Positions 60,247-64,000 of a DNA stretch of 64,000 nucleotides are shown piece by piece. The translations under genes were made by a program, and so were the position numbers. Origin of the DNA: Terriglobia bacterium (GTDB lineage: Bacteria; Acidobacteriota; Terriglobia; Acidiferrales; UBA7541). Below the pieces are notes generated by a model that had not been told where the DNA came from, searched no databases, and saw only the letters and a list, made by a program, of their open reading frames with translations. The stretch spans positions 2,016,001 through 2,080,000 of the forward strand of contig OY968796.1 of assembly GCA_963695545.1 (NCBI GenBank). The letters run 5' to 3'. Each line of letters begins with the position of its first letter. Positions within the stretch are counted from its first letter, which is position 1.

Positions 60247-60570
60247 ATGCGCTTACCCCCGACCGAGCGCCGACGCTCTTCCCGTATCCATTTGCAAATC
60301 CCCGTTTTCGTTCGCGGTGTTGACAGCTCGGGCGCCGCCTTTCTGGATCTGACGAAAACGCTGGATATCAGCGCCACAGGCGCGTTCATCGCCAGTTCCC
60401 GCGCGCTAAACTCGGGTCATCTGGTTTATCTAACCGTGCCGGCTCCTTCGCCTTCGACCACGGGCACCCTGCCCGCGGAGACGCCTCCGATCCAGGCGCG
60501 GATATGTCGCCAGCAAATTGCCGGAGATATGCATTTAATCGGCTTGGAATTTCTGACGCCCTTGGACTGA
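60247..60570 (+). CDS. PilZ-domain protein
   Basis: RRSSR and DISATG motifs. Confidence 0.88.
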   Translation: MRLPPTERRRSSRIHLQIPVFVRGVDSSGAAFLDLTKTLDISATGAFIASSRALNSGHLVYLTVPAPSPSTTGTLPAETPPIQARICRQQIAGDMHLIGLEFLTPLD

Positions 60571-60746
60571 ATTCAGGGCGAACGTACAGAGCATGAATGA
60601 TTTAGCTCCGAGTGTGAAAGATGTTGCCACTTCTAGGTATTGTGGCGTCCTACCGCGCAGCGCCTCTGGTGCAACCAGAGGCTTTGTCCTTCTAAACAAA
60701 ACACATAGATGACCAGGATAGGAGCAGAGCGCCCCATAGCGGTCGA

Positions 60747-60762
60747 TGGCAGCCGGCGTGCT
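60747..60762 (+). promoter_or_regulatory. candidate sigma54 (-24/-12) promoter
   Basis: TGGCAGCCGGCGTGCT, GG-N10-GC, about 70 bp before the cyclase gene. Confidence 0.55.
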
Positions 60763-60830
60763 ACTTTATCAGAGCTTCTCTCTGCAATCCCCCAAACCGC
60801 AGTGGGGGTGAGCTGGAGTTCTGGACCATA

Positions 60831-62183
60831 TTGATGCCCAGCCCGGCTGACCCACCCAACCCGCGCGTGCAGGCCGACGACGGCTTTCTTCAGTTACTCC
60901 TGGAGACCCTCGAAAGCCTGGAGAATCCCGCGCGCGCGCAATTCCTTCAGCGCTTTTTCAAAGCCATCGCTCAGGTTGAGTTGAGCGAATCGGTCAGTTC
61001 GGAATATTGGGAACGCATTCGCACGCGCATGCGAGAGACGAGCGAGATTCCGGGAAGTCCGGTTTCGTTCAAGCGCGCCATCATGGACGTGCTGATCAGT
61101 TCGGAATCGCTGCGCGTTCCGATTCTGATCGAATACGAGGAGCTCAAGAAATTACAGGTGAATGCCGCAACCGATCCGCTGACGGGTCTCTACAACCGGC
61201 GCCTGTTCGATGAATATTTCGACAAGGAACTGAATCGCTCCGCGCGCTACAACCACCGGCTTGGCCTGGTGGTTTTCGATATGCACGTTTTCAAGCAGAT
61301 CAACGACCGCTACGGCCATCCGCGCGGCGATCAATTGCTGCGCGCCGCGGCGCAAACGCTGCGCGAGTCGCTGCGAACTTCCGACTATGCGTTCCGAATC
61401 GGCGGAGACGAATTTGCGTTGCTGCTGCCCCAGACCGATGCCGAGCAAGCGCTCGCCCTCGCCCGGCGTCTGCGCGCCGCGTTCTCGGAGCAGATCGAGC
61501 CGATGCGCCTGGGCGTCGCGGTGGGTCTCGATTACGGCGTGGCAGTTTATCCCGAGGACGGCGGCCAGAAGGAATCGCTGCTGGGCGTCGCGGACGAACG
61601 TCTCTACCAGTGGAAGACCTATCGCCGCCCGGATCGGTCTGTTGAAGCAATGCGCTCCGCGCAGACCGGTGAAGCAATGCGCTCCGCGCAGACCGGTGAA
61701 GCAATGCGCTCCGCGCAGACCGGTGAAGCAATGCGCTCCGCGCAGACCGGTGAACCGACGCGCACGGCGCAGACCGGTGAAGCAACGCGCGCCAGACCGG
61801 CTGGAGACCAATCTACGGAACCGCCCGCGCCGCCGGCGGCGGCTTCAGCGGGGCGCAACGTACCCGCCGCGCCCGCGAAGCCCGTGGCGCCGCAAGATTC
61901 ACGCGAAACGATCGAAGAGCGCCGCAAATCGGAGCGCGTGGCGCTTTCCGGAACGACAGCCTATGCGCAATTGGCCGATGTGGCGGATCGCACTGCGCGC
62001 GTCGTGGATCTCAGCTCTGGTGGCGTCGCGCTCGAGATGGCGCGCCCCGAGGAGGTTGGCGCAACGTTCTCCGTCGTGCTGCACGTGCCCATTCTTCCTC
62101 CTGTGCGGGTGAGCCTGCGGCGAATCTATTTTCGCGCGGGGATTGGCGAAACGGCGCGGATCGGCTGCGCGTTCGTCACGTAG
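60831..62183 (+). CDS. diguanylate cyclase with C-terminal PilZ domain
   Basis: TDPLTGLYNRR, RTSD I-site, RIGGDEF; C-terminal RKSER and DLSSGG. Confidence 0.93.
   Translation: MMPSPADPPNPRVQADDGFLQLLLETLESLENPARAQFLQRFFKAIAQVELSESVSSEYWERIRTRMRETSEIPGSPVSFKRAIMDVLISSESLRVPILIEYEELKKLQVNAATDPLTGLYNRRLFDEYFDKELNRSARYNHRLGLVVFDMHVFKQINDRYGHPRGDQLLRAAAQTLRESLRTSDYAFRIGGDEFALLLPQTDAEQALALARRLRAAFSEQIEPMRLGVAVGLDYGVAVYPEDGGQKESLLGVADERLYQWKTYRRPDRSVEAMRSAQTGEAMRSAQTGEAMRSAQTGEAMRSAQTGEPTRTAQTGEATRARPAGDQSTEPPAPPAAASAGRNVPAAPAKPVAPQDSRETIEERRKSERVALSGTTAYAQLADVADRTARVVDLSSGGVALEMARPEEVGATFSVVLHVPILPPVRVSLRRIYFRAGIGETARIGCAFVT
61644..61800 (+). repeat. 27-bp in-frame tandem repeat (4 perfect and 2 degenerate units)
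   Basis: GAAGCAATGCGCTCCGCGCAGACCGGT x4, encoding EAMRSAQTG. Confidence 0.97.
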
Positions 62184-62194
62184 AGCAATCCGCG

Positions 62195-62755
62195 CTATTC
62201 GACTTCGCGCAGCTTCAGGCGGATCTGACGCGAACAATAAAGCAGGGCCTGCTGCACGCGTGCCAAGCCGAGTCCCCAACGCACGCGAGCTTGTTCGGCG
62301 GTCTCGGCGCGCGCCAGCAACGCGATTTTCAGGCAATGGCCTGATTTTGATTCGGCGGGGAATTCGCAGCCAGCGACGGCCAGTTCGCACGTAAGCGCTT
62401 CGGCCGGTTCGCGCAGAAGCAGTCCCGAGAGTTGTACGGCAAGATGCTCGTAGCGGTCGCGTTGATGGTTGAGCGTGGGATCGGCGAACACAAGGATCAC
62501 CGATGAGCCGAAGCCGGCGGGCGCGGGAGTTGCGGGCTGCGCCGGAGTTTCGCCGGCCTTTGCGGCAAAGCTTGCGAACAGGGACTCGGCTCCGTTGATG
62601 ATTTCAAGGAAGCGCCCGAGCGGAGGGTTCGCATCTGCCGCGCAAACTTGTTGGAAGGCCTGAGGCTGCTTGCGCAAATTCACGTAGCCTTCGGCAGGCG
62701 GGAAAACCTTGCGCTTGGACGGCCCCGCGCCGTCCACTTGGAGTTCGACACGCAC
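62195..62755 (-). CDS. hypothetical protein (start uncertain)
   Basis: Globular-looking C-terminal 186 aa of the 293-aa ORF, ending RWGLGLARVQQALL. Confidence 0.6.
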   Translation of the reverse strand: MRVELQVDGAGPSKRKVFPPAEGYVNLRKQPQAFQQVCAADANPPLGRFLEIINGAESLFASFAAKAGETPAQPATPAPAGFGSSVILVFADPTLNHQRDRYEHLAVQLSGLLLREPAEALTCELAVAGCEFPAESKSGHCLKIALLARAETAEQARVRWGLGLARVQQALLYCSRQIRLKLREVE

Positions 62756-62934
62756 GGACGAGACGCTACACCGCGGCGCGCGCAGGCTCAAGCTCAAAAC
62801 GCGCCAAGGGGCCGGCGGCGCGACCTCTCGATCAAAGCGCCCGCGCGGATCGAGCGGCGATGCTCGCTTGCCGCGCGAACAAATTCTAAGGTACGCTGCG
62901 TGACTCGACGCGCGTGTCCACGGGGTGTTGGCGC

Positions 62935-63372
62935 ATGATCTGCCCGAAGTGTTCCGGCGAGGAATGCAGGCGATCCCATCGCGAAGATTCGCGCGATTTC
63001 GCTTTCGGCGTGACGGGCCTGCGCCCCTGGCGCTGCCGCGATTGCCAAGAGCGCTTTTACGCGTGGTCCGTGCCAATTGCGTACGTGCACTACGCGCATT
63101 GCCTGCGGTGCGGCAATCTCGCAGTGAAGCGCATCTCTCCCGATTACGTCGCGGGGTCCTTCGCGTGGTTGTTCCGCATCATGCGTTTGCCCGCCTATCG
63201 CTGCGCGCCGTGCCGCAACAAATTCTTTTCGATTCGCCGCCATCTTCGCGTGGTTCCGACGCCGCAAACGCCCGCGGTTCCCGGAACCGGATCGGCCCCT
63301 GCGCCGGCGAACGAATCGGCCCGCGACCTCGCGGCACGTCGCCTTGACGCCGCCAACGTGCGCAAGCTATAA
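62935..63372 (+). CDS. double zinc-ribbon protein
   Basis: Four CxxC motifs: CPKC, CRDC, CLRC, CAPC. Confidence 0.7.
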   Translation: MICPKCSGEECRRSHREDSRDFAFGVTGLRPWRCRDCQERFYAWSVPIAYVHYAHCLRCGNLAVKRISPDYVAGSFAWLFRIMRLPAYRCAPCRNKFFSIRRHLRVVPTPQTPAVPGTGSAPAPANESARDLAARRLDAANVRKL

Positions 63373-63400
63373 CCGATCGAAGCCGTCACGATTCTTCTGC

Positions 63401-63475
63401 GGCGATATCGTCTAAAGGTTAGGACGCGGCCCTCTCAAGGCCGAAATCCGGGTTCGAGTCCCGGTATCGCTACCA
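63401..63475 (+). tRNA. tRNA-Glu (anticodon CTC)
   Basis: GGCGATA/TATCGCT acceptor stem, CGGCC-CTCTCAA-GGCCG anticodon arm, GGTTCGAGTCC T-arm, encoded CCA. Confidence 0.97.
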
Positions 63476-63496
63476 TTCAGCCGCCCGCTTCGGGTT

Positions 63497-64000
63497 CTAA
63501 TGACGAACGATCCATCCGCTGAGGCTGTCGATTATTTCGGGCGACTCGGCATTGGCCAGAAGGGAATGCTGCACATTGGGGTAGGAATCGTATTCTTTGT
63601 CTTGAGTGTCGAGAAGAGCGAACATCTTGCGCGCGCTGCCTTGCGAACCGACGCTGTCCAGGTCGCCTTTCATTACCAACGTTGGGACACGAACCATTGG
63701 CGCCACGGCAGTCCAGTGAGCCCTGTTGCGGCGAAGTTCCAGGATGTAATTCACGCTGATCTTGTCGTAAACGAGCGGATCGGGAAGCGCCGTGGACACG
63801 GATTCGACAGCTTGTTTGTCGTGGCTGGAGCCGCGGCCGACCAGATTGATATCCGGCCGGTCTCGCAAGAATAGTAAATCGGGCAGATAGAGCCACATCT
63901 TGAACTGCTCATATTGCTTCCGATTCACTCCGAACACGGGGGAGAGAAGAATGAGTCCGGAAATATCCTGTGGATTTTCTTTCGCGTAGTTCAGCGCAAA
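63497..64000 (-). CDS. alpha/beta hydrolase (3' part only)
   Basis: Frame open to the window edge: ALNYAKENPQDISGLILLSP, VPTLVMKGDLD, YPNVQH. Confidence 0.8.
   Translation of the reverse strand, partial: FALNYAKENPQDISGLILLSPVFGVNRKQYEQFKMWLYLPDLLFLRDRPDINLVGRGSSHDKQAVESVSTALPDPLVYDKISVNYILELRRNRAHWTAVAPMVRVPTLVMKGDLDSVGSQGSARKMFALLDTQDKEYDSYPNVQHSLLANAESPEIIDSLSGWIVRH

Noticed and set aside
61644..61800. 27-bp repeats as a CRISPR array
   Set aside because: The units are directly adjacent with no spacers, lie in frame in a gene, and no cas genes are present.

Overview
GC-rich bacterial chromosome segment. The gene content and repeat families suggest Acidobacteriota/Terriglobia (inference, no search run). 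The left two thirds are mostly core genes: partial ppiD-like gene, FecR-domain protein, mreBCD-mrdA-rodA-rne, folD-coaE-htrA, a long yceD-rpmF-fabD-fabG-acpP-fabF-etfB-etfA-ETF:QO run, dgt, csp, a two-domain thyX and rpmE. Accessory patches include a HicB-like relic, vapBC, and a TonB-dependent receptor with a divergent, frameshifted malectin membrane regulator. The right third (about 44.5-62.2 kb) is a polysaccharide and signalling locus. It has sugar-nucleotide enzymes, Wza, a beta-barrel protein, two GT2s, five PilZ domains, a GGDEF-PilZ cyclase, a histidine kinase, a LuxR regulator, three sigma54-activator paralogues and several -24/-12 promoter candidates. tRNA-Glu(CTC) follows. Three things stand out. 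(1) A 26-bp palindromic mini-element, stop-free in all six frames, occurs identically at three loci, two of them inside genes in different reading frames. (2) Two diverged copies of a 400-510 bp promoter-bearing intergenic element carry IHF-like site arrays and nested REP-like cargo, and each lies next to a toxin-antitoxin gene. (3) The three sigma54 activators share a DNA-recognition helix, but two carry complementary catalytic defects. No CRISPR array, rRNA, integrase or transposase was seen.
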